Source: Malassezia furfur (lineage: Eukaryota). Taken from it: 40,445 nt of DNA. The notes under the pieces were generated by a model, which was not told the DNA's origin, did no database searches, and worked only from the letters and a program-made list of their open reading frames with translations. The stretch is from NCBI GenBank assembly GCA_052055015.1, contig JBQJIT010000052.1; one strand, 5' to 3'. The position numbers and the translations under genes were made by a program. Positions 1-10,024 of this stretch are shown here, one piece after another; position 1 is the first letter of the stretch, and the number at the start of each line of letters is the position of its first letter.

Positions 1-492
1 CCCTCTCCCTCGGGCGCCACGCATCATGTGGAGGTAGCTCGAAGGGCCAGCGTGCCCCGAAACGACCATGCCGCGTCCACGACCTCCTGCGTCGTTTGTT
101 GACTATGTCCACCGTGCAGTGGTGATTGGGCTTGTTGGAATTGCTGTATGTGCACTCATGTAACAGGCAAACTAACACCGCGCAGGGCTGGGGCATTTGG
201 CTGACAGGCGCCGTCTATGTGAGCCGCATTGGAAGCACCGAGCGCGTACGTTGGCATGGCCTGTGTTCCTAACCGCAGATCCCGCTGGAGAATGCCATCA
301 ACCGGAATGAGACCATGACGGATGTCGTACGTACGGCACACTAACGCAGGCGCGGCGCGTGCTGGCACAGCGGGGAGCCGCACAAGGCGCCACCTCCGAG
401 TCGGATCCGACCAAGCAAGTCTAGGTACGGTAGCATCGAACGCGTTGGGATCATCTTCCCACCTAGGGCCACGTCCTGCGTAGGCCCTCGTT

Positions 493-1866
493 CTACATCC
501 CATCCCAGGGGCTATGTGCGGCAATGATCTGCTGCGCCGAGGACGCATCGCGCTGCCAACTCGGTGCCTCCCACGTGAGCGGCGCAAGGTCCGACGCGGG
601 GATCGTCTCGATGCTGGCTCGCTGACTCCGCAGCGCATCAGACTCGTAGAGAGCGTCAGTGTGTTCGTACACGAGTCCATGCTCCGCCCCCACAAACTGG
701 AACAGGGGTGATGCCTCGCGTCCAGGGCGGGGCGACGCTCGCCGTGACGGTGTAGCTGAGCCGGGCCTGAGTGTGTGAGCCCAGGAGTCCGCCAAGGGCT
801 CGTTTGTATGTTCCGGAACGAAGCGGGGGGGTGTGAGTCGCTGCATCCCTGGGAACACAATCGCTGGTGCCGGTGCATTCATGTCGCGGGGCGAAGCGTC
901 GTGCAACGCCTGCTTCAGCCGCGCTGCCGAGTCGCGAGGTGGTGTCGCGGATGCCCCAGGCCTGCCGGGTGTTGCGCGGGTATCCGATGCGAGCGTGCTG
1001 GAACTCGACACAAGCGATGGCGGTGTCGAACATGGGTCGATGCTGGCACCGGCAAACGGTGCCTGGTGCAATGGGAACGTGAAGGGCGCAATGGGCGCCA
1101 CCGCTTCCACCTCGGCGCGCGGCGTCGACGAGGCAGAAGGCAGTTCCGCCAGGCTCGCGTTCCGCTGGTGGTGCACAGACTTTTGAATCGGCGTAGACAC
1201 CGACCGACTGCTTGCATGCTGTCGCCGCTGTACAGCTCGTGAGCCTTGCATCAGCACGGTCGAGAGTTCTTCGTTGGATACCTTGTACGTTGGTGTCGCC
1301 GGCACAGGACCAACTTCGGTCAGTCCAGGCGTCGCGGGGTCGTTCCGCGGCATATCACTCTGCTTTCGACGACCCAGTCGGGGAAAATAGGATTTAAAAC
1401 TTCGGCTGCGCGTCACCGATGGCGACGAGCCGGTATCGGCCAGCATGGCACGAGGTTGCGTGCGCGGGGGTGTTGCTTGGATACCCAGCCCATCAAGGCC
1501 GGGGTGCACCGGCGGTGTGCTAGGGAGCTCGGCCGGTGGCAAGAGTGCTTCGTTCCTGGATGTATCGACGACGGGCGACTGTCCTGCTGTACCCGGCATT
1601 TGCCGACGTGCGGTGGTGCTGGAACGTACTAGAGGCGGTGCAGGTATATCGGTACGCCGCGCCTTGGCCTCGCCCATTTCCGGGCGCAGTGGCTTGCCCG
1701 GCGATCGTCCCCACTGAAGGCTTGGCATTGCCCCACGAGCTGAGGCATTAGGCGTGCCTGGCGTGGCATGAGACGTCCCAATAGCCGGAGACGCGTTCTT
1801 TGCAGTATCTTTTGCCTCCCCATTCCGTCTCTCGACCGAGCGCAGGCTGCGCGCACGCCGTAACAT
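493..1866 (-). CDS. Hypothetical Ser/Pro/Arg-rich low-complexity protein; 3' end uncertain (may continue to ~24 via weak introns)
   Basis: Long open frame from ATG at 1866 (MLRRARSLRSVERR...) to TAG at 493. The upstream part of the ORF-track call overlaps the divergent gene, so it was trimmed. No recognisable domain. Confidence 0.6.
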   Translation of the reverse strand: MLRRARSLRSVERRNGEAKDTAKNASPAIGTSHATPGTPNASARGAMPSLQWGRSPGKPLRPEMGEAKARRTDIPAPPLVRSSTTARRQMPGTAGQSPVVDTSRNEALLPPAELPSTPPVHPGLDGLGIQATPPRTQPRAMLADTGSSPSVTRSRSFKSYFPRLGRRKQSDMPRNDPATPGLTEVGPVPATPTYKVSNEELSTVLMQGSRAVQRRQHASSRSVSTPIQKSVHHQRNASLAELPSASSTPRAEVEAVAPIAPFTFPLHQAPFAGASIDPCSTPPSLVSSSSTLASDTRATPGRPGASATPPRDSAARLKQALHDASPRDMNAPAPAIVFPGMQRLTPPRFVPEHTNEPLADSWAHTLRPGSATPSRRASPRPGREASPLFQFVGAEHGLVYEHTDALYESDALRSQRASIETIPASDLAPLTWEAPSWQRDASSAQQIIAAHSPWDGM

Positions 1867-1977
1867 GATACCACCGGGCTTCACGCCACAATCGTAGGAT
1901 GGAGGAACCGCTCCGTTCGGATTACCTAGGCATACCTCCACCCCAGCATTGGCACGTGCACTCCCACCGTCTTGGCA

Positions 1978-4171
1978 ATGAGCAACAGCGTGTCGGTGAC
2001 GCTGGTGCGGCATGCCGCTCTTAGCGGGCCAGGTAAGTACACCGTGTACTGATCCAAGACACATCAGACGAATCGTTTCGGGTACTTGCATCACTTGGCC
2101 GTGCGCTGGAATCGTCTCGGCCCATTGTGATCTACACCGCACCGGACGCATCAAGCGTGCAGACGGCCGAGTCGCTGCTTCAGGTAGGTGCCGCACACTG
2201 ATGCAGGTCAACCACAAATCAAGCTCCAAACTGATTGCTACGGATCTTTTGAGCGAGCAACGGCTTGACGAAATTTCCTCCGAGCACGCACGATGGCTCC
2301 GCACGCTCGAATTTCGCGCTCAGGCAGACAACCTCGACACGCGCGCGACCGCGGTCGTCGAAATGCACGTTTTGCCATGGCTCGATACACCAGGAATGTC
2401 CCACACGGTCCTGGTTGCGGACGAAACCATCTTGCACCGCATCCTCCAGACCATCATGGCACTCCATGGCCAGCCGCCGAACATCCTGCGCGACCCGGCA
2501 CGGCGGATTTTGGCTGTGCACACAGCACCATTACAGCCAGGCGCATACCACCAGCTGCTGCTAGGTGTATCCTCGGGGCCAGACTCCGTGTGCGACGTCC
2601 GCGTAGTCTCCATGAACGAGACTGCTCACTTGCATACGCAACCAGTGGCATACCCCAGCTCGCCGCTCTTTGCTGCGCCAAGTGAACTTGCGCAGCTCGC
2701 ACGAACGCCTGAATCCTCGGCACCGAGCTCGCCCGTGGTGCCTTATCCGCCAGTCTCGCTCCATTCGTTGACACGCTCGACCCACACGCCTCCGTCTCGC
2801 AACACTGAGACGCCGCGGCCCGAGACCGCTAACCGCTCCCATCTCTCCTTCCAGAGCAATCCGTCACCGAGCCCCAGCCGTGGTCGGGCGGGGGTCAGTC
2901 TGGTGTCACTCCCACTCGGCTCTCGGTCGTCGTCGAATACGCCACAACCGCCGCGCAATCTACACCTGTACGATATGTCTACCATGATGCGCTCCATTGA
3001 CAAGTGGGAATCAGCGCGGATCGAGTCCAATGACCTGCCCGAGCCCAATCTATCGCCTCGCACCAGTACCCGCACTCTCGACCACGGGGCCACCTCGAAA
3101 TCGAGCTCGCCATTTCCAGGAAGCGGGATGCTTGGTTTCGGCAATTTTCTCTCAGGAGGTGACTCCTATGGGTCGGCAGCGAGCACGCCTACCTCGGTGC
3201 ACCGTGGGAGTGTGTCCAGCGGGACGTCCACCTCGGTTCTGAATGTCCACGGACAGAGCTCGGCGCCACTGAGTAACGTCAGTGCCTTTGCACAGAGCCT
3301 GTTTGGGCACCATACCCCGACCGGAGCCAGTGGGTCTACCGCAGGCGATGCCATGAGTATCTGGCAAAGCATCTGTGTCCGCATCTTTCCGCTTTTTAAC
3401 CACGAAACACTTGGTTCGCCCGTCGAGAGCATCGCCGACTCCACCGAGGCCTACGTGCGACTGGTGTTTGAGCGTGACGCAGCACAGGCTCTCAGCGTGT
3501 TGGAAGAGAACCTACGCAAGTCGGTTTTGATCGGCCTACTGAGTGTCACTACCAAGCTACAGGGACATGAAGATGCGTCGCTGCTCAAAGGGCTCATGAA
3601 ATCCTGGCAGTTCTATTATGGCACCGTCATACCCTACACCACAGCGTGCTTATTGCCGCTCTCGACCAGTGCAGCCCAGCTGGCCTTTCGGTACCAAGCC
3701 GCGCAGCAGCGACATCTTCCCCCCATCCAGGATGCGGAAGCTAATCCCCAGCGAACAAAAGTACTCCTACCAGCGCAGCAGGGCATTGATATCCGCCGCG
3801 TGATGCTGGTCGCCTTCCGCGATCGTGTTGTGCTACCCATTCACGACTGGTTACTGAACGCGCTGGGCGGAAAGTCTGCCCCTGATCCCTCGTTCCTGTA
3901 CCAGCATGGACCTGATATGGAAGCCGTCTCGAAAGAACTGCGCCCCTACCTGATCCAACTCGTCGGCACCCTCACGGGCCTGCACACAGACGATGCGGCT
4001 CAGGAACGCATGGAGAAACTGAACAAGAACCTTGCCTACAACCCCTCGGTTCCCATCTCGGTTGCGGAGAGCATTTCCCCACAATTCCCGATATCGCCTC
4101 ATGATTCACTGTCGCCTGGTTTCGCACTTAGTGTACACAGCAGTGCGTCGTCCATTCCCTCGGAGCCATGA
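1978..4171 (+). CDS. Fusion protein: N-terminal degenerate histidine-phosphatase (PGAM-like) domain + Ser/Pro linker + C-terminal HbrB domain (Bit61/PROTOR, TORC2 subunit family)
   Basis: Exons 1978-2032, 2059-2183, 2207-4171; introns GTAAGT..CTGATCCAAG (26 nt) and GTAGGT..CTGATGCAG (23 nt) restore frame. N-terminus reads VTLVRHA...IYTAPDASSVQTAE...MNETAHL. C-terminus has IWQSICVRIFPLF, WQFYYGTVIPY...LLPL and IDIRRVMLVAFRDRVVLP, typical of HbrB. Confidence 0.75.
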
Positions 4172-4188
4172 ATGCATTTCGCCCGTAT

Positions 4189-4483
4189 TTAGATCTGGAT
4201 ACGTTGGTAGCGCCGGTTTACGCCCAGTTGGAAAATACAAAATACAGTGAAGAGAAGGTAGACAAAGGCGCTGAGATACAGCGTGGTACCGACGGCCTTG
4301 CCGTCTTTGGGGTCCGAGGTCGATCCCATAAAGGCGGGCCAGTTGTGCGAGAACCCATAGCCGAATACAGTGAGAATAAGGACGCCCGCAAGGGACACAA
4401 TAGTGCAACAGGACGCTGGTCTAAGCGATAGGAAACACACCTTGTCCCGTGCCGACCACCGGTCGGGTGGTAATGGACGCCAT
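4189..4483 (-). CDS. V-ATPase V0 subunit f (RNASEK / yeast YPR170W-B family), 89 aa
   Basis: Exons 4483-4441 and 4415-4189; 25-nt intron 4416-4440. MASITTRPVVGTGQASCCTIVSLAGVLIL...FMGSTSDPKDG...AFVYLLFTVFCIFQ; two TM helices and the RPVV..CCT and DP.DG motifs. Confidence 0.85.
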
Positions 4484-4556
4484 GACGGAGTGGTCTGTGG
4501 ACGGGCACTGAGCACGTCGGGGTGTCACGTGAAGCAGGGTCTATGGTGTCTGCGCT

Positions 4557-5198
4557 TTACCACCAGAGGCGATGGGTCGGGCAATGATAGCCTGACGGAT
4601 TTTTCAGTAGATACTCTTGGTGGTAGGGTTCGGCAATTTTGCTGTGTGAGCATGAAATACGTACAATGCCGATACAGGGACCTGCTGGATCGTGGTCACA
4701 ATGCGTTCACCTTTGGCATCAAAGTGCTTGGCTTGCACATCTTGTGTGACTTGTTGAGCTGTGCGCTCTTGCTCGGGAGTGTGCGCAAAAATAGCACTGC
4801 GGTACTGCGACCCGATGTCCGGCCCTTGCCCGTCCAGTTGCGTGGGGTCGTGCGAACGGTAAAAGAATTCGACGAGCTCAGCGTACGAGACTTGGTTCTG
4901 TGTGAGGGAAACCACGTACGGGATCAAACTCGAATTGAGCCGCCTCCGCATAGCCAGTGCGCTTGGAGCAGACTTGCTCGTATGTCGGGTTGGGGTACTT
5001 TTCCTCGTTGCCACCCACATAACCGACGTCGGACTTGATCAGCCCCTTGTTTTTAAAGTGTTTCATAAAGATGTGCTCGGTGCCCCAGAAGCAACCATTG
5101 GCAAATGTGGCGACGTGGCTGGCAGATGCGGTACTCATTTCTCGGAATACAGATGTTGATCGGCTCAAAATTCGTCGTGCACCAAAGAGGTAGGCCAT
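4557..5198 (-). CDS. msrA: Peptide methionine sulfoxide reductase MsrA
   Basis: Exons 5198-4920, 4897-4665, 4641-4557; introns of 22 and 23 nt. GCFWG active site, [38 protein letters not shown]. Confidence 0.95.
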
Positions 5199-5250
5199 AA
5201 CTAAACGGGCCAAATTCGTGCACGCACGCCCAAAATCCAACCACCTCCAC

Positions 5251-5680
5251 ATGTCATCGACTGGATCGCAGCAGGTCGTGTAAGTCGTGCGTGCTCATAT
5301 AGGTCCACCACGGCTGTGGTGTGTACGCTCGTAATTGTCGCCGGTGCATGGTTTGCCATCACCCGTGTATTTGGCGGGAAGCCGAAACCGGCGACGGGCA
5401 AGTACGATCCCAACACTGGTCTTGGTCGCGGCGCTCCTGGGTTTCGTACGTGACACTGTTGACCACAACAGAAACCAACGTGCGACGCGTTGCTCTACCC
5501 GCAGACCTCGTTGCGCGTATCCGCGCGGGGGAGCAAGTGAGCGCCGAGGAAATTACCGCAGCACAAGAACGTGTTGCAGCGGGTGAGACCACATCTACCA
5601 AACCTGTCAACGAATGGCTCCCTGCCAATACTACCAAAAAGGCACCCACTTCGCGCAGTCGTCGTTCAAAGAAGCAATGA
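5251..5680 (+). CDS. Small single-pass membrane hypothetical protein, 126 aa
   Basis: Exons 5251-5279, 5303-5445, 5472-5680; introns GTAAGT..TAG (23 nt) and GTACGT..CAG (26 nt) give one frame: MSSTGSQQVVSTTAVVCTLVIVAGAWFAITRVFGGKPKPATGKYDPNTGLGRGAPGFQTNVRRVALP...RRSKKQ. Confidence 0.8.
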
Positions 5681-5681
5681 C

Positions 5682-6673
5682 CTACAAATGCTTAAGTACC
5701 CATAATACCAACAAAGCACAGATTGCGCCGCTTAATGTATCAATCACCATCAAAACCCGTTCGTAGAGCTGGATCTTGGTCCGAAATGCGCCAGCCACAC
5801 TGAAGTGAATATGTCCAGTGGATGGCGTTGGCGCTGCCCTTGCACTGGCGGAGAACGTCCGCAGGGTGGCGGATGTCTCCCTTGAGACTGGGTCCGTGGC
5901 AGCTGGATTTGGGTCGAGCATCATCAGGTCAACTTGGTCTGAGGAAGAGACATGAGGTGTGGAAGATGTATCCTGGGCCATTTGTACAGGTTCAGTCGTT
6001 TCTGTGACGGCGAGACCCTTGTTTTGAATGAGCGGTTCTTCTTTCACCAACTGCGCCGCATCATTTCTCTCTTGCACCGGCGCTTGCCTACTCGAGCTCG
6101 CCACAGGTTCTTCATGGCGCTCATGTGGCAAAAATACTCCATTGTCACATGCACAGAGCGAGCAGGTCCATGCTTTTGATCTGGCGATGAGTGTCGTAGA
6201 CATACTGTTTTGCTAGATTCTCGCGGTCTTCAGCAGTCATGGACACGGCACCGACACCCGCTTCGTCCTTGGAGGACATTAAGGATTGCACACTCAGAAG
6301 AGCTGTTCGTATCCCCCATGCCGGCTGCCAAGTTTCTTCGTGGAATCCAGTGAAAGTGAGACAGATCTGGGTGAGCAAGAGTAGGCATACCTTTTGATTC
6401 ACCTCCCATCGTCCGTTGGGCGTCAGGAAGAGAACATCGGGTGGCCGAAAAGGGTACTCAGTGGGCAACAAAATCTTGCCGTGGTACAAGCCCTCTTCAA
6501 ATACGGTATCTTTGGGCCCACGCAGGGTAAAATGCCATTCGAACAAATTATCCTGTATCAGACTCGAAGCGTACCTCTGTGGGCACCGCCCGATATTCGG
6601 GACTCGGATCACTTTCGAGCTCCTTGATCTCGGACATGATCCGCTTCATGGCGGATGCATTTTTCTTGCTCAT
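5682..6673 (-). CDS. UBC6: Tail-anchored ubiquitin-conjugating enzyme E2, Ubc6/UBE2J family
   Basis: Introns 6553-6574 (22 nt), 6367-6390 (24 nt, in frame) and 6181-6205 (25 nt). DNLFEWHFT, YHGKILLP.EYPFRPP, FLTPNGRWEVNQKICL...HEETWQPAW; hydrophobic C-terminal anchor. Confidence 0.9.
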
Positions 6674-6875
6674 CACGACACAGGTGACCGCCGGAGACAA
6701 CGATGCGACACGCTCTCCACTCCACGTCACACTGGGTGCGGGGAAAAAAAAAATCCATTTACAGAAATCGTCATCATCACTACGGGCTAGAAATACAGCA
6801 GCGTTGAGACTGCGAAGGGCCGTTTACCTGTTGGAGGCATTCCGTCAAAAGCAAAACGAAACCACGAAGACAAAT

Positions 6876-8111
6876 TTAGTTCGCCACTGCAACTGGGCGT
6901 GTGGGGCGCACAGGCGCGTGTCGGTGGTTTGACCGCGGCTCGTTAGTGCAGCCGTGCCGAGCAGGATTAGAGTTCGTGTTGTTGTAAAGAGTGACGTCGA
7001 CACCACCAATGTTTTCGTGGTCGTGACCATCTGCGCCCTTCTTTGATTTCCCTTGGCCATAGGCACGCACCCGGAGGCGTTCCCATTCGCCAGCGGTGGG
7101 TGGTGCCAAACCTTGCTTCTCGCGCTCTGCAAAGAAGTTCCGGTTCTTGTAGGCCTCGCGAACAAGGGGCGAGTCGGTGAGCGGGGTGAGCGGAACGTCG
7201 TCGTTGAAGAGGGCAAAGTAGAAAAGACCCAAGCGGTTGAAATGCGCCTGGTCCTCCGGCGGAGCCACAACACGGTGGATCGTGGGCTTCAGGTAGCCAC
7301 CTGACAAGAAGTGCATTGCATCTCCCAGGTTAAGGACAAGTGCATTTGGGCGGTAACGCACCATACGCCACTTGTTATCCGGCATTAGCACCTCGAGCGA
7401 GGTGATGGGCTGCGACCAGAGGATCGAGACACTGTTGAAGTCGGTGTGGCCCTGAAGACGAACACCACTGACCTTGTCGTCCTCCTCCTTCGGAGCAGGA
7501 CGGTACAGTGCGTATCGCAGAAGGTCTAGGCCGCGTTTCTCCGGCTCCTTGGACAGGTTCCACAGCGTGTCAACCGGCAGCTTCAACACGAGCGAAAGGA
7601 CGTTAAGCACCTTGCGAAGGATCACGTCGTGGTTAAACACGGCGAATTCGTGGATCTCATCGATGAGCGGCTGCATCTGCACGGGGAAACGCGCACGCTT
7701 TTCCGGCGTAAACGTCTGTGAGCCGAAGTTCAGCTGCTCGATGCGGTCCTTTACACCGTCGATCTGCCAGTGGCCCATGGGCTTGTAGCCGACAAAGCTG
7801 CCTGCATTCAGCATGTCGGCAAGGCAGCGTTTCTTCTCATCGTCCGTGACATTGTCAAAGGCGTATTGGCCAATGGCAAACTGGCGCAGGACCTTTTCGT
7901 ACGGAAGGCCGTGGTTAATGGCATAGATGAATCCGTCTTGCGAAAACGCGGTGCCGACCTGCTCCACAACCTCGTTGGGGATCTGGTCAAACTCGTCGCC
8001 TTGGACCTGAGACAAATCCAGAGTGTGCAATGGGGCCCAGTCGAAGTCTTCCTTCTTTGACGGGGTCGGAGGAGTCCAGGGAGGAATCGGGTGCGACGAT
8101 GCAGCGCTCAT
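6876..8111 (-). CDS. 2-oxoglutarate/Fe(II)-dependent oxygenase (isopenicillin N synthase-like superfamily)
   Basis: DIOX_N-like LDLS...GFIYAINHGL; HTD...TIHRVV facial triad; NLGDAMHFLSGG. First ATG at 8111. Confidence 0.85.
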   Translation of the reverse strand: MSAASSHPIPPWTPPTPSKKEDFDWAPLHTLDLSQVQGDEFDQIPNEVVEQVGTAFSQDGFIYAINHGLPYEKVLRQFAIGQYAFDNVTDDEKKRCLADMLNAGSFVGYKPMGHWQIDGVKDRIEQLNFGSQTFTPEKRARFPVQMQPLIDEIHEFAVFNHDVILRKVLNVLSLVLKLPVDTLWNLSKEPEKRGLDLLRYALYRPAPKEEDDKVSGVRLQGHTDFNSVSILWSQPITSLEVLMPDNKWRMVRYRPNALVLNLGDAMHFLSGGYLKPTIHRVVAPPEDQAHFNRLGLFYFALFNDDVPLTPLTDSPLVREAYKNRNFFAEREKQGLAPPTAGEWERLRVRAYGQGKSKKGADGHDHENIGGVDVTLYNNTNSNPARHGCTNEPRSNHRHAPVRPTRPVAVAN

Positions 8112-8544
8112 CTTGCTTCTGGTGGTGGGGAAATGAGAAATGGTTTGTTCCCACAAGTTTTATATGATTCATGAACACGGTTTCCGTTCCCGTTCATCTC
8201 GCGAAATCGATCACATCAGACTGCGAACGTGCGGCTCTCCGTTCAAGCGAACGTGTGCAAGTGCAGAACCCGGTGGCGTGCTTCCCCACGCAGTGACGTG
8301 ATCGTCTCGCATGGGCCACTTTGCGTCTCCACATTATGTCCGTGGCACCCACGTGAGGATCACCGATCTAGATAGGCACAGCCACGTGTAAAGAGCTCTG
8401 GCACGCATAAGCGGCGCACCCCTACATTCGGTCGCTTAATTTGGTTGACGCCCATCAGCCCAGGGGTTGGCGCGCGTGGATTGGCTCAATACGCGGAGTC
8501 GCGCGCGCGGCGCGCGCCGCCCGACCGTTTCCCTCATCCACACC

Positions 8545-9772
8545 ATGCTTCGCGTGGGTGGGCGTACCGCGATGACACAGCTGGCTCTGTTCTATGCCAC
8601 CCTGCTGGGCATGGTTGCGATGGTCTCGGCGGATGCGTACCCATACTCCACAACATGGGTGCCGAAACCCTCCTCGCTCCCCCAAAAGTCGGAAGACAAA
8701 CAGACTGGAACCAACTCGTGCGGAACGGGCTCGAACCAGACATCCATGTGCCAAAACCTCTACATCAACTCTGCCACGGACTTTTGCTTGTGGGGCGGAC
8801 CAGGCCCTGTCGCCAAGGGTGTCGGTGAGTCGGAGCGTGAGGTAGTGAGCTACTGCACCAAGTCAGGTCGCGGCACGCGTCTGATTCCGGACGGCACGCT
8901 GAAGAGCGTGCACTTTGTCAAGACGCCTCACTATGTGCAAGTCAGTGGAACGGGCTCTTTTGACAAAATTTTCTTCACGAATGCGGGCGGTGGTGGAGAG
9001 TTGGACCCGCACGGACCTGACGAGATGGGCAACCCGCGTGGTGGCCTCGTGTTTTCTGACGCATTCGGCCATGGCCTGATGCAAGTACACGAATGGGTAC
9101 GTTCGCTAAACGTGTGTTTGTGCTTACTGTCAGAACAGCTTTATGGACGGCAAGTCTTACTGTCTCCGGGCCTGCCCTGACGGCGACTCAGCGTATCAGT
9201 ACTGCAAGAACATTTACGACGAGTTGGGCTGCAATTTCAATATGCCTACAGGCCCAGACCGACTCGGTGTGTTTGAGTCCTGCGAGGGTGATGACGCCGA
9301 AATTGTGGGCGTCTATACCAACAATGGAAGCGTATCGACCTTTTTCGAATCTCAAACGTCTACGGGCGTGCCTATTCCCAGCGCAAAGCCCGCCCCCTCT
9401 GTGAGCAATTGCTACACCTTTGCGTCGTCCCTGATGGGCGGGTCGCTGAAGCACCCGTTCCGTAAAGCTGCTCTGGAAACACCTATTTCTCTTGGCACTT
9501 CCTCTTCCGCTTGGTGGTCCTCTTCGTCATCCTCTTCGTCATGGTCGTCCTCTTCTTCCTCTTCCTCTTCCTCTTCCTCTTCCTCTTCCTCGTCATCAAC
9601 GTCCACCCCCACAACGCTGGCGACGTCGCGGCCCTCAGTTGTTGCCGCGACCTCTTCCAGCACTTCCCCGCTTCTCAACCTCAGCAATGGCAGTGTTCAT
9701 GTGCATGCCGCTTATGTGATACCCATGGCAATTGCGGTTGCTACTCTCTTGATCGCGTGTTTAATGCTCTGA
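8545..9772 (+). CDS. Secreted, probably GPI-anchored mannoprotein of the Cryptococcus MP88 / macrophage-activating glycoprotein type
   Basis: Signal peptide (start 8545 or 8572); 37-nt intron 9097-9133. Cys-rich domain DFCLW..P, YCTK.GRGTRLIP.G, GGGELDPHG.D..GNP.GGLV, YDELGC.FNMP; poly-Ser stalk; hydrophobic C-terminus. Confidence 0.8.
9554..9589 (+). repeat. (TCTTCC)6 coding microsatellite encoding poly-Ser
   Basis: Six perfect TCTTCC units within a longer Ser-codon tract (~9497-9600). Confidence 0.9.
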
Positions 9773-10024
9773 TATAGTTATAGTTCCTTGAACCACTCCA
9801 TTTGTGAATCGAAATCGGGCTTGCTGTCCAACAAGCATATAGGACACTGCCTGTTCCTGTGACGTGTTTAATAAGCATTATGAGTCCGGTGTGTAGCGTT
9901 GAAATCGGACTGTCCCGCCAAGATTTTTTTTGTTGAGAAACGCATTTCACATGCAACCCCACACCCGCGCTACTGGCACTTGGTATTAAAGGGAATTCAG
10001 GCGAGGGGTTACTACACATCCGAA

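Noticed and set aside
2012..2304. ORF-track starts at 2012 (+) and 2304 (-) implying a bidirectional overlap
   Set aside because: Resolved by ATG 1866 (-) and ATG 1978 (+) plus two introns.
9412..9687. Poly-Glu/Asp ORF and PLPLPL / FLFLFL frames
   Set aside because: Alternative readings of the TCTTCC Ser repeat.
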